From a virus, in IMG/VR virus record IMGVR_UViG_3300012812_000001: a stretch of 54,608 nt of DNA. One strand, 5' to 3'. The notes under the pieces were generated by a model that was not told where the DNA came from, made no database searches, and saw only the letters and a list, made by a program, of their open reading frames with translations. Every line of letters starts with the position of its first letter. The stretch's first letter is position 1. Positions 1-9,538 of the stretch are shown here, piece by piece. Both the position numbers and the translations under genes were made by a program.

Positions 1-123
1 CAGCCTGGATCGCGGCCGAGGCGGCCGCGATGATGCCGGGCTTCGGCTTTTTCTTTTCGGGAATGGTCCCGCCGTAAAAGAAGAGCGATGCCACGCCGCG
101 GAACCCGGGCGCACCCTCCGGGG
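1..123. repeat. Terminal overlap identical to 54486-54608 (circular closure of the contig)
   Basis: Read directly: the first 123 bases (cagcctggatcgcggccgag...gcaccctccgggg) recur verbatim as the last 123 bases. The repeat lies inside one continuous minus-strand reading frame. Confidence 0.95.
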
Positions 124-535
124 GGAGGCCGAACCGCGCCGCCATGTCGGACGGGATCACCTGATCCGCATGGCCGGGGAGCCAGGCCACAAGGCCGGAC
201 ACGCCACCGGCATGCTGATCGCCGCCGAAGAGTTCGGGCTCGTGGATCTTCAGGATCGCGGGGCCGCATGCGATATCGTCCCGCTCGCCCCATGGAGTCG
301 GCATGACCTCTTCGGGCGAGTTGAGCGCCTGCATGAGCCCAGGGATGCGCGGCAGAACGAAGTCGATATCGTCCTCGTCCTCCTCCGCGCCCGCCCTCGA
401 GGGCGGCCAGGCGATCTTGTCCTTCACACGGATCTCGACGAGCGCGTCCACCGGCCCGAGGCAGACGCCGCAATGCATCGACATATTGTAGTCGACAACC
501 TGACGCCCCGTTTTCTTGCTCTTGACCGCTGTCAT
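1..535 (-). CDS. Tail tip / host-specificity protein (lambda J-like), N-terminal ~178 codons; continues into 51955-54485 across the junction (about 1021 aa in total)
   Basis: Hand translation from ATG 535-533 gives MTAVKSKKTGRQVVDYNMSMHCGVCLGPVDALVEIRVKDKIAW...FGGDQHAGGVSGLVAW...GAPGFRGVASLFFYGGTIPEKKKPKPG. It runs without a stop into the 874-aa track ORF, whose M is an internal GTG. The ATG overlaps the upstream stop (ATGA). It is missing from the ORF track only because the window cuts it. Confidence 0.85.
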   Translation of the reverse strand, partial: MTAVKSKKTGRQVVDYNMSMHCGVCLGPVDALVEIRVKDKIAWPPSRAGAEEDEDDIDFVLPRIPGLMQALNSPEEVMPTPWGERDDIACGPAILKIHEPELFGGDQHAGGVSGLVAWLPGHADQVIPSDMAARFGLPPEGAPGFRGVASLFFYGGTIPEKKKPKPGIIAAASAAIQA

Positions 536-747
536 GGCCCCGTCTCCGTCCTGGATGCTTCCGCCTCGGCCAGATCGCAGACCCGGTTGGCAAGCCCGTC
601 ACTCAACCGGCGCAACTCCGAAACCGGCACGCCCTCCCCGATCCGGCGCCAGTCCAGCCCATGGGCCGCGCAGTAATCCTTGAAACCGCCTCGGCAAAAC
701 CTGGCCTCCCGGATATGCCGCATGTGAACGAGAATTTCTTCAGCCAT
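532..747 (-). CDS. Hypothetical 71-aa protein (MAEEILVHMRHIREARFCRGGFKDYCAAHGLDW...)
   Basis: The internal ATG at 747 overlaps the upstream stop (TGATG), and its own stop overlaps the J-like ATG (ATGA). Tight translational coupling inside the tail operon. No motif recognised. Confidence 0.5.
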   Translation of the reverse strand: MAEEILVHMRHIREARFCRGGFKDYCAAHGLDWRRIGEGVPVSELRRLSDGLANRVCDLAEAEASRTETGP

Positions 748-980
748 CAGGTTTTCGCTCCTTCCATCGGGACCTTCCGTCTCCGGAGGGATTTGTCGCC
801 AAACCAAAGGATGTTCGGGCTCGAGAAAATCTCGGAGCCAGCGAAATACGGGATCGCATTCACGCTATCGACCGTGGGCTCTTCCCATTCCTTGGGTTCT
901 TCCTCTTCCGGCCGCTTCGTGAATGCGGAGGAAAGGAGCGCGCCTACAATCGTCAGGCCGAGGCCGATCATCAATTCCAT
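747..980 (-). CDS. Small tail assembly protein resembling the C-terminal part of lambda gpI
   Basis: 77 aa with an N-terminal TM helix (MELMIGLGLTIVGALLSSAF), then ...VDSVNAIPYFAGSEIFSSPNILWFGD. This parallels the lambda gpI C-terminus (TM, then ...GNVLPVLYGEMRVGSRVV). It sits just upstream of the J-like gene. Confidence 0.5.
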   Translation of the reverse strand: MELMIGLGLTIVGALLSSAFTKRPEEEEPKEWEEPTVDSVNAIPYFAGSEIFSSPNILWFGDKSLRRRKVPMEGAKT

Positions 981-990
981 TGGGCAGGCC

Positions 991-1878
991 TCAACCGATG
1001 AATGATTTGTGAATGGGATATTCGAACGGAATCCATGGGAACCCGCCGAAATTCTGGATATTGCCGAAAACGTCGCCGCAACTCTCCATCGTGCGCCCGC
1101 AGCCCTTGGCCACGGTAATCCGGTCTCCGACAGAGAGGTCTGACGGGGTTGTATTCAGGCTGATCCGCAGACCAGGCTCGGTGAGGCTGATCAGGAAACG
1201 CTCGGCATTGACGACCTGCCCGATGCGATCGCTGTTATCGGGATGCCAGGTGGCGGTCCCTCCAACATAGAGCCGCGCGCTCTCCGTTGTGACGGCCCCA
1301 AGTGTCGGCCTGATCTCTACCTTCGCAATATGGGACCAGCTTCCATCGGGCTGCTCACCCTTTTGCAGGACGGATCTCACCGTGCCGACAAGGGTATGAT
1401 CCGCCTTCACGGCCTTGCAGGCTGGACCGTAAAGGACATGCGGGCAGGTGTGGGACCAGTTCCTGGTCAGGCCCTGCCTTCTCAAGGAGGATGTCAGCGG
1501 ATCCAGTGCGAGCTCGAGTTCGCCTGAGGCGTTGGCGGTCGAGGTGGCAACGATTCCGAGGAACAGCACCTTCGGTTCGCTGATACCGATGCCAGGGACG
1601 AGCTCCCCGACGATCAGCTCGACCTCGACGACCTCGGGGACATCGCGCAGCACGGTGCGGGCGGTCTCGCAATCCCGCGGAATGACGATCTTGATGCCGC
1701 TTTTCTCGACTGTGCCGTCGGCCTTGATCGACGGGTATGACAGCGGGGTCGCGGAATAGGTCATACCGTCATGGGAAATATCCCGCTCGGCCGAGGTAAT
1801 CCCGAGCTGACGATCGGAAAACCGGAAGCGCAGCAATGCCACCGGCCGACCTGAGATATATCCTTCTGCAATCGTCAT
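991..1878 (-). CDS. Minor tail protein, DUF2163 / BR0599 family (lambda L position)
   Basis: The C-terminal CGRTMESCGDVFGNIQNFGGFPWIP matches the Cys...Cys...NFGGFP signature of BR0599-type proteins of GTA-like and alphaproteobacterial siphophage tails. 4-nt overlap with the upstream gene. Confidence 0.75.
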   Translation of the reverse strand: MTIAEGYISGRPVALLRFRFSDRQLGITSAERDISHDGMTYSATPLSYPSIKADGTVEKSGIKIVIPRDCETARTVLRDVPEVVEVELIVGELVPGIGISEPKVLFLGIVATSTANASGELELALDPLTSSLRRQGLTRNWSHTCPHVLYGPACKAVKADHTLVGTVRSVLQKGEQPDGSWSHIAKVEIRPTLGAVTTESARLYVGGTATWHPDNSDRIGQVVNAERFLISLTEPGLRISLNTTPSDLSVGDRITVAKGCGRTMESCGDVFGNIQNFGGFPWIPFEYPIHKSFIG

Positions 1879-3131
1879 GCCCTGTATTCGACCAGCTCTC
1901 TCAATCTAATTTCACAGGAGATATGAATATCGGTCGAATAATCCAACACGACGGAATCGCTCGCGAGCCGCCATGCCGAAACATTTTTCACATCGGCTAT
2001 GCCGTTTATTGTGAAGTCCATTTCTGCAACCAGTGTTCCATCCGCCAGATGCGCGGAAATCAGATCGAACGCGACGACATCGCGGTTCGCCACAGTGGTG
2101 ATATCGACCGCCAGGCGCCGCGCGAAAACGCCATAGCTGCCGTCCTTGTTGCGGACGACGATCCGTTTCGGTCTACCCGTTCCCGTCTGGAATTGCCCTC
2201 GGTCCAGGCCCGTCGGGAACCGGAACTGCCAGTATGGCGTCAGGCTTCCAGGGGGCGAGATCGCCGCGAGAGACGGGAAATCCTGCACAGAGGAGAGGCA
2301 CCCGAAGGGGCTGAGCTGGCCTTGGGCGTAATCCAGGAAATCCAGCAGGGTGCCAGCCTGCTCCCGATCCATGGTCTGGATCTTCAGCGTGGCGATCCTT
2401 GCCCCTGCCCTTTCCCTGACCAGGTCCTGGCGGCGACCGATCTCGTAATCGATCGCATCGACGGCGCGCGAATAGGTGATCGACATGTCGTCGACCCAAT
2501 TGTGCGGCAACGGCAGGAGCGGGTATTCGGGCAGTCCCTGCCCTGAAGCCAGGTGGAAAGCATAGGACTGGTGGAGTTCCGGATCGAGGCCGGGGAGGCT
2601 CCTGGCGCGGAGATTGACGCGCAGGTAGCCACCAGGAAGCTCCGTGGTCTCGATTTCATCGTTGAGCGTCACGGCGGTGACGGTGACGATTTCACACCTC
2701 ACCGGGTCGAGCCCCGAGGGGAGGTCCCTGTCCAGGGTGACTGTCGCGCCATCCACGGCAGCGAGCATCGCCACGGCCTCGCGGCCTGCGGCGTTGATCT
2801 GGACGCGCATCCCCGCACCGAACCGGGCGGCCCGATCCAGGGTCAAAGTGCGACCGGCGGCGGAGAAGATCCACGCGGACGCTCGGAAGTCCTGCAGGTA
2901 TATTGGCTTGCCGATGTTGGCATCGAGGTAGCGCCGAACCCTGCCCGCCTCTGCCTCATTCCTCAGGGTCAGGTGCTCGAATTCGACGGTCATGCGCGGC
3001 GTCTGCCGCTCAGCCCATCGGTCTTCATAGCCGGAGCGGGACCGGTGAATCCCGGTCCGCCAGGCGTATTCGACGCGGGGGCGTTCGCCCCAGTTGCAGC
3101 GGAACGGGCTCGCGAGAATATCCATAATCAC
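1875..3131 (-). CDS. Distal/minor tail protein (lambda M position; DUF2460-like N-terminus)
   Basis: 418-aa ORF directly after the tape measure (overlap 3128-3131). The N-terminal ...RTGIHRSRSGYEDRWAERQTPR... resembles GTA g12-type distal tail proteins. The assignment rests mainly on synteny. Confidence 0.5.
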   Translation of the reverse strand: MIMDILASPFRCNWGERPRVEYAWRTGIHRSRSGYEDRWAERQTPRMTVEFEHLTLRNEAEAGRVRRYLDANIGKPIYLQDFRASAWIFSAAGRTLTLDRAARFGAGMRVQINAAGREAVAMLAAVDGATVTLDRDLPSGLDPVRCEIVTVTAVTLNDEIETTELPGGYLRVNLRARSLPGLDPELHQSYAFHLASGQGLPEYPLLPLPHNWVDDMSITYSRAVDAIDYEIGRRQDLVRERAGARIATLKIQTMDREQAGTLLDFLDYAQGQLSPFGCLSSVQDFPSLAAISPPGSLTPYWQFRFPTGLDRGQFQTGTGRPKRIVVRNKDGSYGVFARRLAVDITTVANRDVVAFDLISAHLADGTLVAEMDFTINGIADVKNVSAWRLASDSVVLDYSTDIHISCEIRLRELVEYRA

Positions 3132-6100
3132 CCCATCAAGGCTTTGAGCTGAGCGCCGTTCGCCGAGACAAAATTGAGGAAGGCGCGCTGACCGGCCGCT
3201 GTCGACAAGCCCTCCGAGAAGAAGGAAGCCGGGTCGAACGCGTTGACGATCTTGACGTCGCCCACTCCTCCATTACCGCCAGATGCCGCCCCATCCAGGG
3301 CGGCGCTGACACGCTTCGATCCTTCCTGCGCGGCGCGCAGGTTTGCCGAGAGGTTGTCGGCGTTCCGGCCGGAAATTCCTCCGGTGTGGTATTTCATGAC
3401 CCCTTTGCGGAGCATGGCGCCGATGGAATTGTTGCGATGGCGCGGGTCGTCCTCGGTCAGGACTTCCTCCCCCTTGAGCAGCAGGGACAGCCGCTCATTG
3501 GGCTTGGGGTTGAGTGCGCGCTGGAGGAAATCCTTCGCGGACATGCCCTTCATGTCGCCGGCGATGCCGCCGTCGTGATGGATACCACCGAGACCCTGCC
3601 CCGTCATCAGGCTGGTGATGACATTGCCGCCCGCGCTCCCCATCGGAGCGTGGATACCAAGAGCAGCCAGGACCATCCGCGCCACCACGGCTTTGACGAT
3701 CATCATGCCGATATCGACCAGGATCTGGCCGACAGCCGTTGCGACAGCACGTCCGAGAGATTTGAAGGCATTCTCGCCCGATGCGATATCCTGGGCAAAT
3801 TGCTGGATCGCACCGGAAATATGCCCGGTCAGCATGTCGCCGAAGCTCTGGATGCTGTCACGGTAGTCGGAAGCGGCGACGCCGCCGCGGTCGATTTCGT
3901 GCCGAAGATGCTCAAGCTCGGCTACGCGGTCACCGGCCTCGGGTCCGCCGATCGCCTGCCAGAAGGCGATTGCATTGCCGATCGCCCTCTCCAGCTCGCG
4001 ATTGACGTCATCGAGTTGGGAAACGATCCCGAGTTCGGCGTTGCGATCGCCATCCTCGCGGGCCTCCTCGAGGCGCGACATGAGGCGCTCACGCTCAGCC
4101 TGTCTGGAGGAGAGCTGCTGCTCGATCCGGTCCTGCTTGTCCTTCTCAAGCGTCGTCGCGGCCTCGATGCCATGCAGGCGCATGGCACGATCGACCTGGG
4201 CCTGCTTGTCGGCCTCGGACATCTTGACGCCGGAGCTCTCCTCACGCTTCCGGATATCCTCGAGGACCTGGGCGCGCGCGATCTCAGCCTCAACAGCACG
4301 GGCGCGATCGGCGTCTCCGCCACGCCTTGCGTCCTCGGCGGCCTTCGTCAGCTCCGCGATCTTGATGTCGAAATCCGCAGCGCGGAGGAGCTCGCCGTTC
4401 TCCTTGCCGAAATCCCTCTGCTTGTCCGCGTCTTTCTCGAGCTTGGTCCTGGCCTGCCTGGCCTTCTCGAGATCCGCCGCTTTCTCGACGGCAGACCTGA
4501 TCTCTGCCAGGGAGGCATCCTTGCTGAGGCCGGTCAGCTGCTCCAGGGAGTAGCCGCTCTCTCCCGCCTCGCGGCTGATCCGGTCGACCTCGGTCGCGAT
4601 CGCGCGCGCGAAAACCTCCGCATCAAGGAGATCCCTGGAAGAAAGCTCGCCCTTCACTGTCTCGAGCGACTTGTTGTAGTCGAGGACGGCCGTGGCGAGC
4701 TTGTCATCCTGTTTCAGAAGGATGTCACGGCGCGCAGCCTGGGCGAGATCGTCGGCGCTTTCCTTCAGGCCTGCCTCGCGGAAGCCCTGGATCACCCCCT
4801 CGATATTGCCGTCCTTCAACTCTTTCAGGAAAGTCGGGTTGGACAGGAGCTCGGGCGCCTGCAGCACACCCCCCTGCAGGCGGCGCATGGCCTCGTCGGC
4901 CATTTTCGGCGCCAGGGCCTCGACACGCTTGTAGATGTCGAGGGCTTCGGCGTTCGGGGTGATGGCGACAGCAGGATCGGCCTTCGTTCCGCGCGCGACG
5001 GCCGATGCGGCTTCGGTTGCCGCGATCGTGGCGATCTGGGTGGCCCGAGCCTCGATGCGGAAATCCGAGCCTGGGGCGAGGCCCTGCGAGCCGAACAAAT
5101 CGGCTTCGCGGCCACGGCGGGCATGAAGGACAGGGTTGAACTTGCCCTTGGCGGTATTGATGCCGTTGCGGAGACCATCCTGGGCTCCGGCATAGTCGCC
5201 AGTATTGAGCGGACGGAGAATCCCATCCGTGATTTTCCCGGTATTGAAGGCATACGAAAGCAAGGCCGTGTTCATGGCCTTGGTCAGCGGCACCTTGACC
5301 TTCTCGTCGATGATCCTCTGGAAGAGGGCGATGTCGCGGTCGAACTGCCCCCAGACCTGTTCATCGGTCAGTGTCATGCCTTCCTTCGGCTGGATACCTC
5401 CCGCAGCGCCGGTATGGCCAACCCCGATCGTCCACACCTTGCCTGCGGCATCCCAGTAGGCCTTGTTCCTGACCGCCTCTTCCTTCGCGAAGAAGGAGCG
5501 GACATCGGCATCACCCGCGGAGGAGATCATGCCCGCCTTGTCCAGGCCTGCGACGACATCTCCTCCGGATGCAATCTGAGACGCAATGACCTCAAGACGC
5601 GAGATCATGCCGTCGAGAGTGGTCTCGACCCCGGTGCCGAGATCGATCACCAACCCTTTCCCGGCGCGCTTCAGTTCATCCAGGGATTTCCGGTCAAGCT
5701 TGACGTTGACCCCCTGAGCATCGAGCATCCCCTCGATCGCATCGATCCTGGCCTGTTCCTCGGCCGCCCGGACCGTCTCGTCCAGCTGCTGGATGCGCGC
5801 GGCCTTCTCGCCGACCGACAGGTCGGTCAGGGCCTCGAGGTCCTCCCGTGCGGACTTGGCATCCTCGGAGATCTTCGCGAGCGTTTCCGACAGTTCATGG
5901 GCAATTCTGAACCGTCCGCCTTCCTTGTCGAGGCGGGCCATGGTGCCGAGTAGCTTGGCGTAGGTGGAGGCCAGGGATTTGGCTTCGCCGTCGGCCTGCG
6001 CCATGTTCGACGAAATCTGTTTGAAAATTCTCGTTTGGTCAGCACCGGTTGCATTGACCATCTGCTGATCAAGACGCAGTGCCTTGAGATTGACCGCTCG

Positions 6101-9100
6101 AGCCTTCGCGGCCAGGGCATATTGCTGATACGCAGCCGCTGATTCCTGAGAGATCGATCCCCTTTCCTGCAAGGCGTCGATCTGATCTATGAAATCCTTG
6201 ACCTCGACCGTTCCCTCCTTGAGGCCGAGCGACATCTCGCTGAGCCAGTTGGCCAGCTCGTTATCTCCCCTGGCGATCTCGGCGGTTATTCTTTTCTTCC
6301 GAATAGCGTCGAGAGGGTTCCACCAGGAGGTCTCCGCCTTGATCTCGCGAGCCATAACGCGCGAGATCGCATTCGCTCCGGCGCGATCGTATTGCTCTTC
6401 AGCATCCAGGACAGCCTGGTTGATCCGGGCCTTGCCGATCGCATCAAGGGATTTCGCATAGGCATCGGCATCACCCTTGGCGCTCCGGAAAGCCTCGCGG
6501 GACTTGCTGACGGTCTCGTTGACGGCCTCGATGGCGCGTTGCGATTGCGCGGCCGCCTTTGCCGATCTGGATTGACCGACAGAAAACGCGGTTGCCGCTG
6601 CGGTTATCGCGACCCCGATCGGTCCGCCAAGGACGGTAAGAAGGCCACGGAAGGCGACGGCCGCGGCCGCCGCGGCCCGTCCGCCCCGAGTCAGGACAGC
6701 GGTATTGGCCGCCATTGCCGCCGTCGAACCGGCCGTCGCAACCGCCTGACCGGCAATCGCAGCTCCGAGCCCCGTGAACGCCGTGGCAACCCGGGCTACC
6801 CCCGCCGTCAGGATCCGCCCTCCGAAAAAGCTTGCCAGCGCGATAATCAGCTTGTCCGCGTGCTGCGCCAGGGTTGCGAAAGCGGAAAGGGCGATCCCTG
6901 CCCCCTGGCCGATCTTGATGAAGAAGGCATGGCCCTCTTCGGATTCGAAGAACGTCTGTAGCTGCTTCATGGAGTCGGTCAGGCCGTCCATCAGGCCGCC
7001 CTTGGCGATCTTTTCGCGGGCTTCGAAGATGGAGTTGCTGAAGCGGTTCAGCTGAGCTTCGAAGGTTTGCGACGCGGCGTCGGCAGAATCCTTGAAGCTG
7101 TCGCCCAGGTATTTGCCGAACTTGACCACGTCGGCGGCTTTGAACTTGCCTGCCTCCATCGCTTTGTAGAATTTGTCCATCTCGTCGACGCCGTAGCCCA
7201 TGGCCTTGGCGAACATGGTGACGGCACCGGACAGGCCAGCCTCTGCCAGCTGCCCCTTCAGCTCCTCGGCCATAACCTGGTTCTTGGAGAGCATCTGGGA
7301 GATCGAATTGAACGCGCGGTTCATCTCATCCGCGGTCATGTTGTAGACCCGCCCGGCCGAGGCCATGCCCTCGAAGAGGGCCCGCGTATCCTCATTGGCA
7401 ACACCCGCCCCGGAAGCGGCCGCCATGAATTTGGTGTAATCCTTCGTCATGGTCGGGAGCGACAGGCCGAAGCGGTCGGCCTGCTCGCGCAGGTAGCGCA
7501 TCTCGTCGCCCACGCGCTCCATGTCGCGGCCGAACACGTGACCCATGCGGCTCTCGGCCGACTGGATATTCCGGAAAACGTTGACGATTTCCTTGCCCTG
7601 GCTGATAACCCCGTAGACCCCGGCAAAACCGACGATCAGGGATTTCAGCTCGTTGCCGAGGCCCCCGAGGCCCGATCTGGCCTGATCGGCACCGGCGCGA
7701 AGGTTGCGCATCGGCGCCCCGCCGAGCCGGTTGACCGCGCCGGCGGCCTGGTCGGCCGCTGAGGTCAGGCCCAGCATCTGGCGGACGACATCACGGAAAT
7801 TCAGCAGGCGCAGGGCCGGAGCAGCATCGCGGACCGCCGTCAGGCGGGACTGAAGCGAGGTCAGTTCGGCGTTGATCTCGGTCAGGGCCTTCCTGGAGCC
7901 GGGCTGCGCCGTCCCGGACGAGATGGACGCGGCAACCTGGTTTTTCATCGAGGTCAGGCGGGCGATCTCACCCTGAACCCGGGCGATCTCGGCCTGGGCG
8001 GATTGCGGGGTCGCGGTGACGGCGCCGAGATCGAGGCGGGCGCGGGTCGAGGCCAGGGCATTGGCATTGGCCTTGGCGCGATCGCGCAGGGCAGTCAGCG
8101 AGGCAAGCTGGGCTTCCTCGCGGACCATAGCGGCGACCATCTGGTTGTGCTGCGCCTCGAGTTTCTCCCGGGATGTCAGGAGACCTTCGAGGGCGGTCTT
8201 TTCGGCGAGGAGCTTCGCCATGTCGGCTTCCAGGCCGGTCTTTCGGGCCTTTCGGTCCGCGGACTCCGTCGCCCTTTGCTGCCGCTCGATCTGCGCGGTA
8301 AGAGCGGCACGGGTGCTGACAGAAGCCTCGAGAGCGGATCTGCCGTCGCTGACGGCCTTCGAGGATTTCCGGACGGACTCGGCATAGCCGTCATAGGCTT
8401 TGCGTGCATGGTCGACATCCTGGGCGCTGATGGCACCGGCAGCGGCACGACGGGCTGCGATATGCTGGTCGGAGCCCGCGCCGTAGGTGCGGGCGGAATA
8501 ACCGGCAGTTGCTTCGAGTTTCACCGCCCTGGCCATGGCGTCCTGACCGACGCGGCCGAGCTCGCGGAGCTTGCGGTGAGCCGCGGAGGTATCGAGATCG
8601 ACCTCGATCCGGCGCCGGTCGAAACCGGAGGTCTGGTTGCCGAAAATGCGGGTATCGCCCGCAATGCGGGCACGGTCGACCGAGGAGCGGTTCAGGGTGT
8701 TGGAAAGGTTCCCCCTCTCCGACGCCAGGGCGTGCTGTTCCGCCCGAAGGGTCTTCAGGACGGCACGGGCACGATCGAAATCAGCGATGAGCTGCTTGCC
8801 CGGGTTCGGCGTGGCGGCCATGGCCTGCCCCAGCCTCGTCGCTTCCCGCTCCGCGTCCCGGATGGCCTTGCCCGTGGTGGAGATCCCGGTGTTCAGGTCC
8901 AGGATACGGCGCTGAATGGCGCCAAACCCGCTGAGATCTCCCACCTTGAGGTCGCGCAGCTGTGAGGCGGCGATGCCTGCCTGCTGGGACAACTGTCGGA
9001 AGCGGTCCTGGTATTTCGACAGCTCAGCGCCTGACTTCCGCATCGAATTCGAGGTCCGGTCCATCTCGGCCTGGATCGTCTGCTGCCCGGCACGGGCAGC

Positions 9101-9538
9101 GTTCACGAGTTCCTCCAGGCGGGCACGCTGCGCCGAACCCTTCGGGGCGGCATACATCTGCCGGTTCAGCTCGACGAAAGCGGTCTCTGCGGATTTCGCC
9201 TGCGCCTTGAGGTTGGCGTAGGTCTGACGCTGCCTGCTGACCGCGCCTTCCGTCTGGCTTATCTTCGCGCGCATCGTATCGATGGCCGACGAGATCCCGC
9301 GCATCGCGGCCTCGGCAGATCCCATCGACGTCCTGGAATTCGCCCCGAAGGCTTCCAGGAGCTTCTTGTAGCCCGCGGACCCTTGGGCAATCGGGCCGTT
9401 GAGGCTTGTCAGCCCTGATGCGAAATCCTTGACACCCTTATGCGTCCGCTCGAGCGCTGACCCGATATCCCTCAGGGTCGCACTGGCGTTGTCTTTCGCC
9501 TGGATGTTCAGGATCGCATCGCGCTGTGACATGGTCAC
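3128..9538 (-). CDS. Tail tape measure protein, 2136 aa, with internal GH24 lysozyme domain
   Basis: Very long Ala/Arg/Gln/Glu-rich ORF with a central Gly/Ala hydrophobic block (...GIALSAFATLAQHADKLIIALASFFGGRILTAGVARVATAFTGLGAAIAG...). It sits between the tail chaperone and the distal tail genes. GTG start at 9538. Confidence 0.9.
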   Translation of the reverse strand: MTMSQRDAILNIQAKDNASATLRDIGSALERTHKGVKDFASGLTSLNGPIAQGSAGYKKLLEAFGANSRTSMGSAEAAMRGISSAIDTMRAKISQTEGAVSRQRQTYANLKAQAKSAETAFVELNRQMYAAPKGSAQRARLEELVNAARAGQQTIQAEMDRTSNSMRKSGAELSKYQDRFRQLSQQAGIAASQLRDLKVGDLSGFGAIQRRILDLNTGISTTGKAIRDAEREATRLGQAMAATPNPGKQLIADFDRARAVLKTLRAEQHALASERGNLSNTLNRSSVDRARIAGDTRIFGNQTSGFDRRRIEVDLDTSAAHRKLRELGRVGQDAMARAVKLEATAGYSARTYGAGSDQHIAARRAAAGAISAQDVDHARKAYDGYAESVRKSSKAVSDGRSALEASVSTRAALTAQIERQQRATESADRKARKTGLEADMAKLLAEKTALEGLLTSREKLEAQHNQMVAAMVREEAQLASLTALRDRAKANANALASTRARLDLGAVTATPQSAQAEIARVQGEIARLTSMKNQVAASISSGTAQPGSRKALTEINAELTSLQSRLTAVRDAAPALRLLNFRDVVRQMLGLTSAADQAAGAVNRLGGAPMRNLRAGADQARSGLGGLGNELKSLIVGFAGVYGVISQGKEIVNVFRNIQSAESRMGHVFGRDMERVGDEMRYLREQADRFGLSLPTMTKDYTKFMAAASGAGVANEDTRALFEGMASAGRVYNMTADEMNRAFNSISQMLSKNQVMAEELKGQLAEAGLSGAVTMFAKAMGYGVDEMDKFYKAMEAGKFKAADVVKFGKYLGDSFKDSADAASQTFEAQLNRFSNSIFEAREKIAKGGLMDGLTDSMKQLQTFFESEEGHAFFIKIGQGAGIALSAFATLAQHADKLIIALASFFGGRILTAGVARVATAFTGLGAAIAGQAVATAGSTAAMAANTAVLTRGGRAAAAAAVAFRGLLTVLGGPIGVAITAAATAFSVGQSRSAKAAAQSQRAIEAVNETVSKSREAFRSAKGDADAYAKSLDAIGKARINQAVLDAEEQYDRAGANAISRVMAREIKAETSWWNPLDAIRKKRITAEIARGDNELANWLSEMSLGLKEGTVEVKDFIDQIDALQERGSISQESAAAYQQYALAAKARAVNLKALRLDQQMVNATGADQTRIFKQISSNMAQADGEAKSLASTYAKLLGTMARLDKEGGRFRIAHELSETLAKISEDAKSAREDLEALTDLSVGEKAARIQQLDETVRAAEEQARIDAIEGMLDAQGVNVKLDRKSLDELKRAGKGLVIDLGTGVETTLDGMISRLEVIASQIASGGDVVAGLDKAGMISSAGDADVRSFFAKEEAVRNKAYWDAAGKVWTIGVGHTGAAGGIQPKEGMTLTDEQVWGQFDRDIALFQRIIDEKVKVPLTKAMNTALLSYAFNTGKITDGILRPLNTGDYAGAQDGLRNGINTAKGKFNPVLHARRGREADLFGSQGLAPGSDFRIEARATQIATIAATEAASAVARGTKADPAVAITPNAEALDIYKRVEALAPKMADEAMRRLQGGVLQAPELLSNPTFLKELKDGNIEGVIQGFREAGLKESADDLAQAARRDILLKQDDKLATAVLDYNKSLETVKGELSSRDLLDAEVFARAIATEVDRISREAGESGYSLEQLTGLSKDASLAEIRSAVEKAADLEKARQARTKLEKDADKQRDFGKENGELLRAADFDIKIAELTKAAEDARRGGDADRARAVEAEIARAQVLEDIRKREESSGVKMSEADKQAQVDRAMRLHGIEAATTLEKDKQDRIEQQLSSRQAERERLMSRLEEAREDGDRNAELGIVSQLDDVNRELERAIGNAIAFWQAIGGPEAGDRVAELEHLRHEIDRGGVAASDYRDSIQSFGDMLTGHISGAIQQFAQDIASGENAFKSLGRAVATAVGQILVDIGMMIVKAVVARMVLAALGIHAPMGSAGGNVITSLMTGQGLGGIHHDGGIAGDMKGMSAKDFLQRALNPKPNERLSLLLKGEEVLTEDDPRHRNNSIGAMLRKGVMKYHTGGISGRNADNLSANLRAAQEGSKRVSAALDGAASGGNGGVGDVKIVNAFDPASFFSEGLSTAAGQRAFLNFVSANGAQLKALMG
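5090..5500 (-). other. Phage-lysozyme (GH24, T4/lambda R type) domain embedded in the tape measure
   Basis: FFAKEEAVRNKAYWDAAGKVWTIGVGHTG...ALLSYAFNTG...ARRGREADLF matches the E...D...T-I-G-x-G-H pattern of GH24 muramidases. Confidence 0.75.

Noticed and set aside
1-123. The terminal 123-bp direct repeat as a biological DTR, LTR or att duplication
   Set aside because: It lies inside a continuous reading frame (the J-like gene), and the terminase is a cos-type GpA enzyme. An assembly overlap of a circular molecule explains it fully.
747-980. The 77-aa ORF as the severed N-terminus of an interrupted J-like gene (a pseudogene or intron-like insertion)
   Set aside because: The J-like ORF has its own conserved N-terminus starting at 535. 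The ...PYFAGSEIF..NILWFGD motif after a TM helix matches the C-terminus of lambda gpI instead. The TGATG/ATGA couplings indicate intact separate genes.
3386-5953. 855-aa plus-strand ORF (and the many other plus ORFs from 3243 to 9221)
   Set aside because: It is antisense to the tape-measure gene. Its composition is low-complexity and Arg/Gly/Leu/Asp-rich with no motifs, which is a typical shadow ORF of GC-rich DNA.
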